From positions 13,873 through 77,872 of the IMG/VR virus record IMGVR_UViG_3300045772_000033: a DNA stretch of 64,000 nt; one strand, given 5' to 3'. Source of the stretch: a virus. Below are positions 36,216 to 45,936 of the stretch, piece by piece. Position 1 is the first letter of the stretch. Each line of letters begins with the position of its first letter. A program made the translations under genes and the position numbers. The notes beneath the pieces were generated by a model, which was given only the letters and a program-made list of their open reading frames with translations, was not told the DNA's origin and ran no database searches.

Positions 36216-36418
36216 TTCGCGCCTCCGTGCGCTGTGCCGGATCGTCCGGCGGGCGTGGGCTGGCCGTCTATGCGGCGCTTATGCTCATCATTCACGATGA
36301 TCCTGATGCAATCTAAATCGCTTTGCCTCATCTCGTGAATGTTCCCGATTATGAGCGTCGATCCCCAATCAGCCTTTTCAGCGGCAGTGCGCTGCATAAA
36401 GCCCATGTGTTCTTTCAT
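36212..36418 (-). CDS. Hypothetical protein
   Basis: GGAGG RBS; the 3' end runs through the repeat element. Confidence 0.55.
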   Translation of the reverse strand: MKEHMGFMQRTAAEKADWGSTLIIGNIHEMRQSDLDCIRIIVNDEHKRRIDGQPTPAGRSGTAHGGAK

Positions 36419-36727
36419 TTTTTGTTTCCTCCCTTGAGAGCGATCACCTGTTTAGCTAGGATGAGCGCCGCCGCTTTCATTTGCATATACGGCATAAGCA
36501 CGAGGCCAGGGTGTTCGGTTACGGCCTGTTCAACGGCCTCCTGCAAAAGATTGTGCGATTCGTGATCGTATTCCATTTTTTCTGCTCCTTATGCGGTTGA
36601 GTACCGCTGTCCTGATGGTTATGCTTGAGCAACGCCGAAAATCTGCGCGTAATAGTCTCCAAGGCTAGGAGCACCATCAACCTCGTAGTGGTATCCCTTG
36701 CGTCCATACGTGCGCTCGCGCGCCGGG

Positions 36728-36922
36728 CTATCCACGGCGGGTCCATAGCGCCAGCGCAGTTGCCCGGTCCTTCTGTGAGTTGATCGTGCAGCCGCATTGA
36801 AGGTTGTTGCACTTGACCCAGCAGACAGAATCACCATATCTGGGCTGATCCTCGTGCAGGAACGCCTCGTCTCCGCACAACGGACAGGCTGCCGCTTTTG
36901 CGCGTGTCACTACAATTTTCAT
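36728..36922 (-). CDS. Lar-family restriction alleviation-like protein
   Basis: CPLCG..WVKC..CG..ALALWTRR. Confidence 0.7.
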   Translation of the reverse strand: MKIVVTRAKAAACPLCGDEAFLHEDQPRYGDSVCWVKCNNLQCGCTINSQKDRATALALWTRRG

Positions 36923-37633
36923 CGATCTTCCTCCTCATCCTTCTCTCAGAACATCGTCCAAACCCTGCCACGTCGCCTGAGTCCGGCTCTCGTGGTCTTC
37001 GTCCCAGGCGCCGAGCATCGAGACCAGATCCCTCTCGGTCGCCGGCGCCCCGCCGTGCCCAAAGAATCGGGCCTCGTGCTTGCGCAAGGCGGCGACCCAT
37101 TCGGGCGGGCTAATCGGCGCCGGCGGGGGCGTGGGATAACCGTGTTGTCTGGGCATCAGGAGGCATCCTTGGTCTTTGCTGTCTTCTCTGCCTTCTCCGC
37201 CCGCTCTGCCCGCTCATCAGCCAGCTTCTTCTGGATCGCCTGGACCTTCCCGACCACGTCCGGCCAATTGACTGGCGGCCGCGCGCCGGGCGGATCTGCC
37301 GGCTGCGGCGGAGCAAGAATGGAATCGTTTGGGCCATTGATTTGATCGGTCATTTGTATGCGTGCCCAACGCAAACTGGCCTCCGAGAGCTCCGATCGAT
37401 CCCGCCACGAAGGTCCGCAGCATAGCCATAAAACTCCGCGCGGTTGACTCTGACGACTTGACTGTTCTTCACGTCGTCCAGGCAGTCCAGGCAGTCCTGG
37501 CAATCGCGACGAGTAGCCTGATCCGGCATTGGCTCGAAATGAACCGACGGACGATGACGCCCGGCCTCGAACTTCTTCTTCTTCTTCTTCTTCTTTACTG
37601 CTTTGACTTTCATACCAGTCCTCCAATTCCTTA

Positions 37634-37662
37634 ACGCTATCACCCTTTTTCATTCTTGTCAA
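37634..37662 (-). promoter_or_regulatory. Sigma70-type promoter
   Basis: TTGACA-17-TAGCGT with extended TG. Confidence 0.6.
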
Positions 37663-37664
37663 TA

Positions 37665-37871
37665 CTATCTCACAATTTTTCTTGGCCGGACGAATTCCAC
37701 GGCAACGCGGCGGTCGTTCTCGTATCGCTCCACATCCTTCTCGCGGTAGACCACGCGCCGGCCCAGCTTGACGTAGGGGCAGCCCTTCCCCTGGCTGCGC
37801 AGGTTGGCGAGGTAGCCGCGGGAGGTCAGCCAACGTGCTGCGAGCTGATCAGATGTGAGGATATGGCTCAC
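37665..37871 (-). CDS. Excisionase-like HTH protein
   Basis: LTSDQLAARW..LANLRSQGKGCPYVKLGRRVVYR. Confidence 0.8.
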   Translation of the reverse strand: MSHILTSDQLAARWLTSRGYLANLRSQGKGCPYVKLGRRVVYREKDVERYENDRRVAVEFVRPRKIVR

Positions 37872-38458
37872 GAGAATACCTCCGCGAGAAGACGCGGTTT
37901 TTTGAGCGGACAGTAGATTGTCTCGCCCTCATAGCACTCTTTCCATTCGATGTTTATCCAGACCGTCCATAGAACTTCCATCGTAGGACTGCCTGACTTC
38001 GCCCCAAACAGGAAATCCGGCCTCCAAGTCAAAGGTAAAACCATCTGCGGCTGAATCTCTTGGAAGAGTTTTAGACGTGATGCGCTGTGCCAGTATTGAC
38101 TCTTGAGCAAGAACGCAAACCCACAACGAGGCTTCAACTCCTTTGCATGACGAATAAACTCCTCGGCTGCACAGAATGGCGGGTTGGTAACGATGAACGA
38201 TTCAGGACACTCCTTTGTCTCCAAAAAGTTTGTCCCAGTCTGAATGTCCGTGCCTCGCACATTATAACCATTGCCCCGAAGTACACCCACCATCTTCCCA
38301 TCGCCACAAGCCGGTTCCCATATCGTGTGTTCCTTGGGAATATCAAGAAAGTCGATTAATGCCTGCGTCACATTGGAGGGAGTAGGAAAGAAGTCGGTTG
38401 CTGGCCGATCACGCCAGTTAGCAGAGGATGAATTAGCTAAAGTCACTGTCATACGCAA
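37868..38458 (-). CDS. SAM-dependent DNA amino-methyltransferase
   Basis: DFFPTP, WEPACGDG (motif I), TNPPF (motif IV). Confidence 0.85.
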   Translation of the reverse strand: MRMTVTLANSSSANWRDRPATDFFPTPSNVTQALIDFLDIPKEHTIWEPACGDGKMVGVLRGNGYNVRGTDIQTGTNFLETKECPESFIVTNPPFCAAEEFIRHAKELKPRCGFAFLLKSQYWHSASRLKLFQEIQPQMVLPLTWRPDFLFGAKSGSPTMEVLWTVWINIEWKECYEGETIYCPLKKPRLLAEVFS

Positions 38459-38612
38459 CCCTCGAATTCTCTTAAACGAGGAAAAGACTTTTGGATGATG
38501 GCCCAGGCTTCAGCATCCGCTGCTTCCTCGGTGCCGCCGCCGTTAATTGCATCAGAAAAAGATTGCACCCACAGTGCGTTTTCTTCTTCCGTCAAAACTG
38601 CTTTCGCCAAGC

Positions 38613-40817
38613 TCATTCCGCCCATGGAACTTCACCCCCGATGTATTTTTCAAATTCCTTGCGCATGGTATCCAGAGACCCTTTGAAGTACGCATAGCTC
38701 GTGTCACCTTCCTTCAGGCGCGCGCCGCCGATCTTTTTCTTCTCGAAGCTCGGCGCCATCTGGCGGAGGATTTTCCCGAAGTTCACGTCGTTGGGCAGGC
38801 GGCCCTTGATGTTGCGATTCCCAACCCATCGGCGAAGGGCATCCCTGAGCCGGTTGGTTGGAATTGAATCCGGCCATTCCCCACCCCAGTCGCCGCCGGC
38901 GATCAGCCCGGCCGCCAGGGTGTCGTACCACCACTGGGGAACAGGCTCCAGAGACGATATTTTCTGAGAGACGAGGCCGACCGTGTTGGGTGCCAGGTTC
39001 ACGTCCTGGGTGATCTTGTAGTCCATCAGGTAGCGCAGCAAATGCGCGGCTCCGCCGCGCTCGTCCAAGCCCAGGCGCATCTCCATGAAATACTCCCTGT
39101 CCTGCTTGCGGCCCTCGCCGACCTCGAAGACCGCCCAGCGGCGCTCGTCGGCACTGGCCGGCACCAGCCACTCCTCGTTGCCAATCACGACCACCCTGGT
39201 CAGGTTCCGAACCGTGAAGGACTCCTTGCCTTTCAACTCGATCAGGTGTTCCGTGCCGGTCACCAGATCCTTGACGACGCCCTCGGCTTCTTTGTCTCCA
39301 GACCAAAAGGCCTCGTCGAGAATGAACAGCAAGCACCGTTGCAAATGTGAGGTAAAATTGCCAACCAAATACCGGCGGCGGGATGTGGTCATGGCATGGC
39401 CGCCCAGCAGCTTGCTGACGCGCTCGACCAGCGCGTTCTTGCCCACACCCTTGCCGCCGCGGAAGACAACCGCCACCAGAGGCTTCTCGTAAGGCTTCTG
39501 GATCAGGTGAGCGAACCAGCAGGTGAGCCAATCGGCCAGATTCTTGTCCCGGCTGCAAATGTTCTCGAAGAGGTGCTCTTTCCATCGCTCGACCATTGGG
39601 TGCAGAGGCACGCCGGAACCTGCCGCGGCGGACGCGGGTGCCGGTTCCACGGCGAAGCCGCGCCACAGATTGAACCAGCGCGGCCCAGCGTCTATCTCAG
39701 GCTCGAAGACCAGGCCGTCGAAGTTCCTGCGGCCCTTCCACTCCATCCACATCTGGGCAGTGGGTTTGGACTTGTCGCCGCACTGCAACTTGTTGGCTGC
39801 GTGAATGTCCAGAAAGGACTGCTTGTTCATCAAATGGAAGGCATAGTCGCCCTTGCGATCCGTGGTCTCCCAGAGGATGTTCCCGGTGCCCCCGGCAAAA
39901 ACGAAGGCGAAATTCTTGTTCAGCTTCGTGAGGGGGTGAATGCCCTCCGGCTGGTCGCTTTCAGGTGTTTCCTCCACTGGAGGAAACACAGCTTCCGGGG
40001 CTTGTATGCCTTGTGGCTCTTTTCCGTATCGGAATGCGTTGCGAACTTTCGTTTCGAGTTCTTCGTGGCTCCATGGGGGAAAGCAACGCTCGTTCCAAGG
40101 AGCCATCAACTCAAGCGCCTGGTCGGCATCGCAGCCAAGATCCTTCAGATGCGCAGCCACCTTGAAGGTCTCAGCGTCGCCGCCCTGGCCTTCGGTCGCT
40201 ATTGGGGCATAGGCTGCGAGCCATGCCTGAGCGCGCTGCGCGGCGCGCTCAGGCTCGACGCCGGGGAGAGGCTCGGCTGAGGCGTCGGCGCGGCTGCGGG
40301 CGGCGCCAAGGCGGGCGACAAGCCAGTCTGGGGCCGGTACGGGAGGAATCTTGTTAGTAACCTCGTAGGGCTTGCCGTCGATGATACTGCCTGGGCCTAA
40401 AACATATCCGCCGAGGCTGCGGATGTCGAGGCCTTGGCCGAGGGTGTCGGTGCCCTGCCTCAAGGCCTTGGGAGTCCGGTAGTACAGGTGCTGGCCGCCC
40501 GATGGTGTGGAAACAGTGAACGTGGCGGGCAGCTCGAATCCTTCAAGATCGAGGTTGAGGAGGCTCAGGTCGCCGCGCTTGCCGGCCTTCACGTCCACGT
40601 CCACGACCACCAGCGCCTCGTCCGCAGCGAAGTGGGATGTGGAGATGCCCACGTTTTTCGGACGTCCGTTCCACCAGGATTCGACCCGCTTCGGGTCCGT
40701 GGTCGCCCGATTGGGGAAGTCCTTGATCGCTGGCAACTTGCCATTTTCAGCGCATGGGAAAACCTGAAACCCACTGGCGGCCAGACGCAACGCGAATTCT
40801 GATTGAGGCGTGGTCAT
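38613..40817 (-). CDS. Bifunctional primase/polymerase fused to an SF3-type (DUF5906-like) helicase
   Basis: VFPC..GKLP, VVVDVD, TPSGGQHLYY, DIRSLGGYV; Walker A GGKGVGKN; ILDEA. Confidence 0.9.
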   Translation of the reverse strand: MTTPQSEFALRLAASGFQVFPCAENGKLPAIKDFPNRATTDPKRVESWWNGRPKNVGISTSHFAADEALVVVDVDVKAGKRGDLSLLNLDLEGFELPATFTVSTPSGGQHLYYRTPKALRQGTDTLGQGLDIRSLGGYVLGPGSIIDGKPYEVTNKIPPVPAPDWLVARLGAARSRADASAEPLPGVEPERAAQRAQAWLAAYAPIATEGQGGDAETFKVAAHLKDLGCDADQALELMAPWNERCFPPWSHEELETKVRNAFRYGKEPQGIQAPEAVFPPVEETPESDQPEGIHPLTKLNKNFAFVFAGGTGNILWETTDRKGDYAFHLMNKQSFLDIHAANKLQCGDKSKPTAQMWMEWKGRRNFDGLVFEPEIDAGPRWFNLWRGFAVEPAPASAAAGSGVPLHPMVERWKEHLFENICSRDKNLADWLTCWFAHLIQKPYEKPLVAVVFRGGKGVGKNALVERVSKLLGGHAMTTSRRRYLVGNFTSHLQRCLLFILDEAFWSGDKEAEGVVKDLVTGTEHLIELKGKESFTVRNLTRVVVIGNEEWLVPASADERRWAVFEVGEGRKQDREYFMEMRLGLDERGGAAHLLRYLMDYKITQDVNLAPNTVGLVSQKISSLEPVPQWWYDTLAAGLIAGGDWGGEWPDSIPTNRLRDALRRWVGNRNIKGRLPNDVNFGKILRQMAPSFEKKKIGGARLKEGDTSYAYFKGSLDTMRKEFEKYIGGEVPWAE

Positions 40818-40915
40818 GAGAGGATCTCCGCGAGAATGCGCTTGTGGGCCAGAGCGATGTAGTCCGGGTTCAATTCTATGCCGATAAAGTCCCTTTGGTG
40901 GCGCAGGATCTTCAT
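40814..40915 (-). pseudogene. C-terminal remnant of a beta-class DNA methyltransferase
   Basis: MKILRHQRDFIGIELNPDYIALAHKRI. Confidence 0.65.
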
Positions 40916-41190
40916 CACTCACCCTGAGAAAAGTAAAATTCGAGCATTGCATTGAAAGCAACTGCCCCTAAATGCCCCTGCAAATCCCCCGTTTTGTCGT
41001 GCCTCATGCCGTCCTCGTAGAGCCACAGGTGCTGGTGGGCGTGGCGCAGGATCTCCGCCTTCTGGTGGCGCGGAATCCTGCGTTGCGGGCCACTCGCTTC
41101 AAAGGCGTCGGCGCCGAAAGCCTCATGGCCGATGCGGCCGATGTCATTCATAAGAGCGAGAAAATTGGGATCGAGGAATTCGTAGGTCAT
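40915..41190 (-). CDS. dATP/dGTP diphosphohydrolase-like (DUF5664-like) protein
   Basis: G..AFG..ILRHA..H..HLGAVAFNAM. Confidence 0.5.
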   Translation of the reverse strand: MTYEFLDPNFLALMNDIGRIGHEAFGADAFEASGPQRRIPRHQKAEILRHAHQHLWLYEDGMRHDKTGDLQGHLGAVAFNAMLEFYFSQGE

Positions 41191-41519
41191 TTTCCACCCA
41201 CTTCCATAAACTCAACCGGAATGCCGAGCCCTTGAGCGATCTGAATCTCAGCCTGAACGCCTCTTGACTCCAGCCAGCCATCCATCTTGGCGACAATTAA
41301 CTTTTCGCTTGCGCGGATGAACTCATGGTCGAACTTCTGCCAATAGTCCCAGCCGCGGGGCAGATCGCAGCGCACGGCAATCGGGTGCGTGTGCGCGATT
41401 GGGCAAAAGACGACAAGCCCTTGGGCCATCAGGCCGCCGGCGATTCGGCACGCCTCTTCAAAGCGGGCCTCCTCGACGTTCTTATCGGGGTGCGAGTATG
41501 GGGTTGCGAGATAGATCAT
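41187..41519 (-). CDS. DUF1937 / nucleoside deoxyribosyltransferase-like protein
   Basis: IYLATPYSH, VFCPIAHTH, GWLESRGVQAEI. Confidence 0.8.
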   Translation of the reverse strand: MIYLATPYSHPDKNVEEARFEEACRIAGGLMAQGLVVFCPIAHTHPIAVRCDLPRGWDYWQKFDHEFIRASEKLIVAKMDGWLESRGVQAEIQIAQGLGIPVEFMEVGGK

Positions 41520-41787
41520 TGAAACCCCTTCTTCGGGTCCGGCTTGTACCGCTCCCCACATTTGCTGCAATATGCCTCGCGCTCCTCGAAGTCAAACAGG
41601 ATGCGCTCGCCGGGGTCTATGTCGCGGGTACAGGAGACGCATTCTCCTTTGAATTTTGCTGTGATCCAGTTCATCGATTTTTGTCCTCCGTTGCCATGAT
41701 GAATTTGTGCGTGGCCACCGCTTCCTTTTTTCGGATAGCCGCTTTAGCTCGCTTTGCCTTGCGATTTCCCTTGTACATCTCGGCCCC

Positions 41788-43842
41788 CTACTTGCGATAC
41801 CTCTTTGCGTGGAACCCTTCTGCGGCCAGCGGCAGTCCCTTGGCCCAGGCTGGCGCCACAGACATCAGCGCTGTCATTCTTTCCAAGGCATAAGTTGCCC
41901 TGAACTTCTGAACTTCGACCACGATTTCATCGTGAACGTGGAAAATTATTTCCAGTCCCTCAGCCTCAACAGCGCGCATCGCATCGGCCAGCAGATCACG
42001 CGCGATCGCCTGGGTCATGTTCTCAGCGAGCGACCCGCCGTAGGTGGAGACCCTCTGCCATTTGCCTCGCGAATTCGGATCGGGCAGGATCTTGGCCTTC
42101 TTTTTCTGAGTCATGTCCACCACGGTCATGAAGGTGAGTTGCTCTTTCTCCTCGCCCCATGGCGTCGTGACCATTCTCAGCTCAGGATAGGGGTAGCACA
42201 GAGCGCGCCCGCTGGGCAGCAGAGCCCACAGGAAGGAACCGGCCTTCCTGAACTTCACTTCCCTGCCGCGTGCGCCGGCGCTCGTGACGCTGCCATTCTT
42301 CATCGCGCCAAGAACTGCTTCTTCCAAATCGTACCAATACTGCACGATGCGCTGGTTGACCGCTCGCCAGGCTTTCTTGATCTCGTCAGCTTCTTCATCC
42401 GTGATCTTCACGTTGTAAGTACGTGCCATGGCCTGAAAGCCGCCTACACCTGAGCCGAATCCTAAAGCGAGGATCGCGACCTTACCTCGTTGCCTCTGGT
42501 CCTTCGTTACTTCATCCAGAGGCACGTGGTAAATGCTTGACGCCGCGTGTTCGTAGATTTTGCCGTGAGTACGGAAGATTTCAAGAACCGACTCCTGCCC
42601 AGCCAGCCACGCCAAAGCGCGCGCTTCAATAGCGGAGAAGTCACAGGCAACCAACTCATTGCCTTCGCCAGCGATCAGCATCCCACGGATGCAGTCAGTA
42701 ATGGCGTCCATGCTTGGGCCATAGAATAAGTCGAGTTTCTCCTTATCATCCAGCATCGAGAACATGGCCTCAACATCTGCGTAAGTGTTTCCGGGTCTCC
42801 CTCTAAAAAGATTCTGGATCTGCACTCCCCGCCCGGCCCAGCGGCCCGTGGACGCGGCGTGGAACTGGTGCATATTGCGGACGCGCCCATCGGCGGATGC
42901 CTTCTCGCGCATGGCGATCAGCTTCGCGGTCGAGGACTTCGCAGCCTCCTGGCGCAACTCCAGCGCGCGGCGGACTGCCGGGGGCATGATCTTCGCCCAC
43001 GGCGGGAGTTCGCCTGCCTCATCTGCCTCTTTGTTCACTACGTCGGCGGCCAGTGCATTCAGCACGTCGGCCTTGGCCAAGCCGTCCATCTCGACGCCCT
43101 GGGAGGCGATCCATTTGCCGAGCATCTGGACTTCGGTGCAAGCCCCGACCACACCGCCGGTGACGCGCAGCATCTCGCCGTCCAGCCGCTTCTTCTCCGA
43201 CTGGATGATTGTGATCGCCTTATCGACACTGGCGAGGTCGCATAGCACGCCGCGATTGTTGATCTTGTAGTCCAGTTCCCACAAAAGCGTCTCCGATGGA
43301 GACAGTTCCATCAGCCGGTCGAGACAGGCCAGCTCCGTGCGCACGTCCTGTTTGTTGTAACTGTAGAGATTAAGAAACTTGTCGAGGTCGTCTTCCCGAC
43401 GCCACATCGAGCCATCTTTTTTGGGTTTGCTGAGTTGCAGCATGACCCGGTGGCCCTCAGCGTCCTTGCGCTGGTCCACGCCGAGCGCCGGGGCTGCGTC
43501 GTCCAGCGCGCCGGGCAGCGCCATCGCGTAGGCCCGCACCATGGAGCAGCGGACCTGACGGATGGGGAGGGGAGGCCAACCATATTTCTTGACGCAGACC
43601 TCGTTCCAGATTGCCAACTCGAAGGCTGCGTTCCAGGCCGTGATAATGCCGCCTTGGGTTATGTGATCTGCGAGATCCTGGGGGAAGGGCTCGCCTTCGA
43701 CCCAAGTCCTGACACTGTCAGGACTTGAACCGTAAGAGAGGCAGTGGGCCCCGGTGGAGGGATCTGTGGCGTAGTTATGGAGACCTGCTTTCTTCAGGTC
43801 TATTTCGGAATAGGTTTCAAAATCTGCGCCGAGGCTTTGCAT
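41788..43842 (-). CDS. DNA polymerase, family A (phage type)
   Basis: DFETYS exo I, AWNAAFE, TGRWAG, CDFSAIEAR, RQRGKVAILALGF, HVHDEIV. Confidence 0.95.
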   Translation of the reverse strand: MQSLGADFETYSEIDLKKAGLHNYATDPSTGAHCLSYGSSPDSVRTWVEGEPFPQDLADHITQGGIITAWNAAFELAIWNEVCVKKYGWPPLPIRQVRCSMVRAYAMALPGALDDAAPALGVDQRKDAEGHRVMLQLSKPKKDGSMWRREDDLDKFLNLYSYNKQDVRTELACLDRLMELSPSETLLWELDYKINNRGVLCDLASVDKAITIIQSEKKRLDGEMLRVTGGVVGACTEVQMLGKWIASQGVEMDGLAKADVLNALAADVVNKEADEAGELPPWAKIMPPAVRRALELRQEAAKSSTAKLIAMREKASADGRVRNMHQFHAASTGRWAGRGVQIQNLFRGRPGNTYADVEAMFSMLDDKEKLDLFYGPSMDAITDCIRGMLIAGEGNELVACDFSAIEARALAWLAGQESVLEIFRTHGKIYEHAASSIYHVPLDEVTKDQRQRGKVAILALGFGSGVGGFQAMARTYNVKITDEEADEIKKAWRAVNQRIVQYWYDLEEAVLGAMKNGSVTSAGARGREVKFRKAGSFLWALLPSGRALCYPYPELRMVTTPWGEEKEQLTFMTVVDMTQKKKAKILPDPNSRGKWQRVSTYGGSLAENMTQAIARDLLADAMRAVEAEGLEIIFHVHDEIVVEVQKFRATYALERMTALMSVAPAWAKGLPLAAEGFHAKRYRK

Positions 43843-43886
43843 AATGGGGGATTCTTTCTTGATGAGTGGTGATCTGATCTTACCGC

Positions 43887-45113
43887 TTAGGACAACGGAT
43901 CGACGCCACCTGGCAGAGCCAGCCCTGCCGGTTCTGGCAGCGCCTTGCCTGCGATGCCTTGCAAGTCACCGAATACACCGCTGGTGGAAGTGAGCACGCG
44001 CTCGATCTGCGCGGTGCGCTTGGCCCACTGGCGCTGCATAGCCTTCTGCTCCGCCGTCAAGTCTTCTTGCATCGTCGTGAACGCTTCAACTAGAGCCTCG
44101 ATGCGACTTTTGAACTGTGGGCCGGTCACGTAGCCATATACCTCTTCGGCCTTGGTGGCCATGCCCGCCTGTACCTGCCGGGTATTATGCACCGCCAGCA
44201 AAGTCGCCCGGAGCGCAAACGCTACTGAGATGGCCGCGACCGGAGAGCATACCCACACGCTGTCGATGCAACCGAATTGCGATGTGCCGAGTTCTTCCGG
44301 CAGCGCAGCGGAGACGATCACCAGTGCGTCAGCGTGGGCTTTGCGCCCATCGTCGCGGAGCTTCGACAGCCAGCCGTCGCTCCAGTGCTTCGTACGCTTG
44401 GACTCCCACAGGACCATGCCGCACGCGGCACCCGACGGCGCGCTCACGCCTTGGGTGATGTCTGCGCCGTTCACACCCTTGGCAACTTCGTTGATGGTGT
44501 CGTAGGGGAACTTGCCGCGCAATTGCTGCTCCAGATCAAGCTCCTGAACCTCACCTTGAAGCTGCTGGCTGCCCTGTTCGATCTTCTGTTGCAATTCGTT
44601 GATCTTGGTTTGCAACGATTGAAGGGTAGTGTCCTTCTCAAGCAACTTGAGACGGTTGGCATCCTCGGCATCGCGGCGCGCGGCTGTGCGCGCAGATTCA
44701 ATACCGGCGCTGACCTGTTTTTCAACAGTCAATTCCAACTCGCGCTCTCGATCCGCCAACTCGCGCTCTTTGCGCATCGCTTCAGCCTGAGCCTTCTGAG
44801 CAGTGGCGATCTTCATATCCGCAGCGGATAACTGCGCGCGCAGGCCAACCTGTGCGTTCACGGCTTCTTCGGCCTTTTGCTGTGCTGCTCGAATCTCTTC
44901 GGCTGCTTCAGCCTTGGCGGCGATCTTCCCTGACGCTGCGGCTTCGATGCGCGCTTTGGTGACGGCATCATCGGCGCGTCTATTCGCGGCGGCAAGGTCT
45001 TCGGCTGCCTGTTTCTTCGTTGCCTCCAGCAGCGGCCCCGCTAGGGCGGCTACATCGAGAGCAAACACCTCTCCGCATTTAGGACAAGTCACACCTGAAA
45101 ACTCGTTTGCCAT
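43887..45113 (-). CDS. DUF2130 family protein
   Basis: CPKCG, coiled coil, GSQQLQGEVQE, WESKRTKHW, QRQWAKR. Confidence 0.85.
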   Translation of the reverse strand: MANEFSGVTCPKCGEVFALDVAALAGPLLEATKKQAAEDLAAANRRADDAVTKARIEAAASGKIAAKAEAAEEIRAAQQKAEEAVNAQVGLRAQLSAADMKIATAQKAQAEAMRKERELADRERELELTVEKQVSAGIESARTAARRDAEDANRLKLLEKDTTLQSLQTKINELQQKIEQGSQQLQGEVQELDLEQQLRGKFPYDTINEVAKGVNGADITQGVSAPSGAACGMVLWESKRTKHWSDGWLSKLRDDGRKAHADALVIVSAALPEELGTSQFGCIDSVWVCSPVAAISVAFALRATLLAVHNTRQVQAGMATKAEEVYGYVTGPQFKSRIEALVEAFTTMQEDLTAEQKAMQRQWAKRTAQIERVLTSTSGVFGDLQGIAGKALPEPAGLALPGGVDPLS

Positions 45114-45144
45114 TTTGTTCACCTGTCGAACTGCGTTTGATGTG

Positions 45145-45221
45145 TGGTGGACGCGGTAGGACTTGAACCTACAACCTGTCGGTTAAGAGCCGAATGCTGC
45201 TACCAATTGAGCTACGCGTCC
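45145..45221 (-). tRNA. tRNA-Lys (CTT)
   Basis: GGACGCG acceptor stem, anticodon loop CTCTTAA, GGTTCAAGTCC T-arm, encoded CCA. Confidence 0.9.
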
Positions 45222-45249
45222 AAAAAATCGGGGCGGCCGAGACCGCCCC
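45222..45249 (-). terminator. Rho-independent terminator after the SSB gene
   Basis: GGGGCGG-TCTCGG-CCGCCCC followed by GATTTTTT on the - strand. Confidence 0.65.
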
Positions 45250-45264
45250 AGGCTGCGTCATGGG

Positions 45265-45846
45265 TTATCCAAAGATGCTGGTGGCAGTCTTCCCGCCGCC
45301 GTTGCCGGCTGCCGCGGGCACATCGACAGGCTCGAAGGCCTTGGATGCGGGAATGCGACCACTGCCAATCGGGTCGTCGTCGCGCAGCTTCTGCACGTTC
45401 TGGAGGCCGAAGCTGACGCCCTTGTTGCCGGCGTTCTCGTAAGCGAAGGCGCGGACCTGAGCGCGATACCAGGCGCCGGAGTACACATCGCTGTCGTCGA
45501 TGATGTCCTGCAACTTGGCGTCCACAATGCCGGGGCGCCGGTCTTCGTTCGCAGAGAAGCTCATAATGACCCAGTCGTCTCCGATGCCGACGATGGGGTT
45601 CTCCAGTTCTTCGTTGAGCCGGAACGGGCTGCGCAGGGTCTTGGGGATCTTGTCGCCCCACTTCTCCTGTGCGGCAAGCAAGGCTTCCTTCTTGAGCGCG
45701 TCGAGCTTCGCTGTGGGCGGGAAGGCTGCGCGTATACTGTACTTCGGCTTGTTGACCGATCCGTCAGCATTCTTCATGCTTGTGGCCTTGAAGACGCTGA
45801 TGAAAGCGGCGCGAAATTCCGGTGTGATCTGATTGTCTGCGGGCAT
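45265..45846 (-). CDS. ssDNA-binding protein (DUF2815 / T7 gp2.5-like)
   Basis: KYS..P, VYSGAW.RA, GNKGVSFGLQNVQKLRD. Confidence 0.88.
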   Translation of the reverse strand: MPADNQITPEFRAAFISVFKATSMKNADGSVNKPKYSIRAAFPPTAKLDALKKEALLAAQEKWGDKIPKTLRSPFRLNEELENPIVGIGDDWVIMSFSANEDRRPGIVDAKLQDIIDDSDVYSGAWYRAQVRAFAYENAGNKGVSFGLQNVQKLRDDDPIGSGRIPASKAFEPVDVPAAAGNGGGKTATSIFG

Positions 45847-45936
45847 GTATTGCTCCTTTGTGAGTTGTCGGTTGAGGGTTGTGGTTGTCGATTATCGGCT
45901 GGGGAGCGTGGTGCTCGTGCCTTACGAAAAAGTTGG

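Noticed and set aside
37572-37596. (AAG)n tract as a phase-variation switch
   Set aside because: A trinucleotide unit would not shift the frame; it only encodes a poly-Lys run.
38613-40961. Primase start at 40961
   Set aside because: The extension overlaps two other coding units; the ATGA-coupled start at 40817 fits the domain start better.
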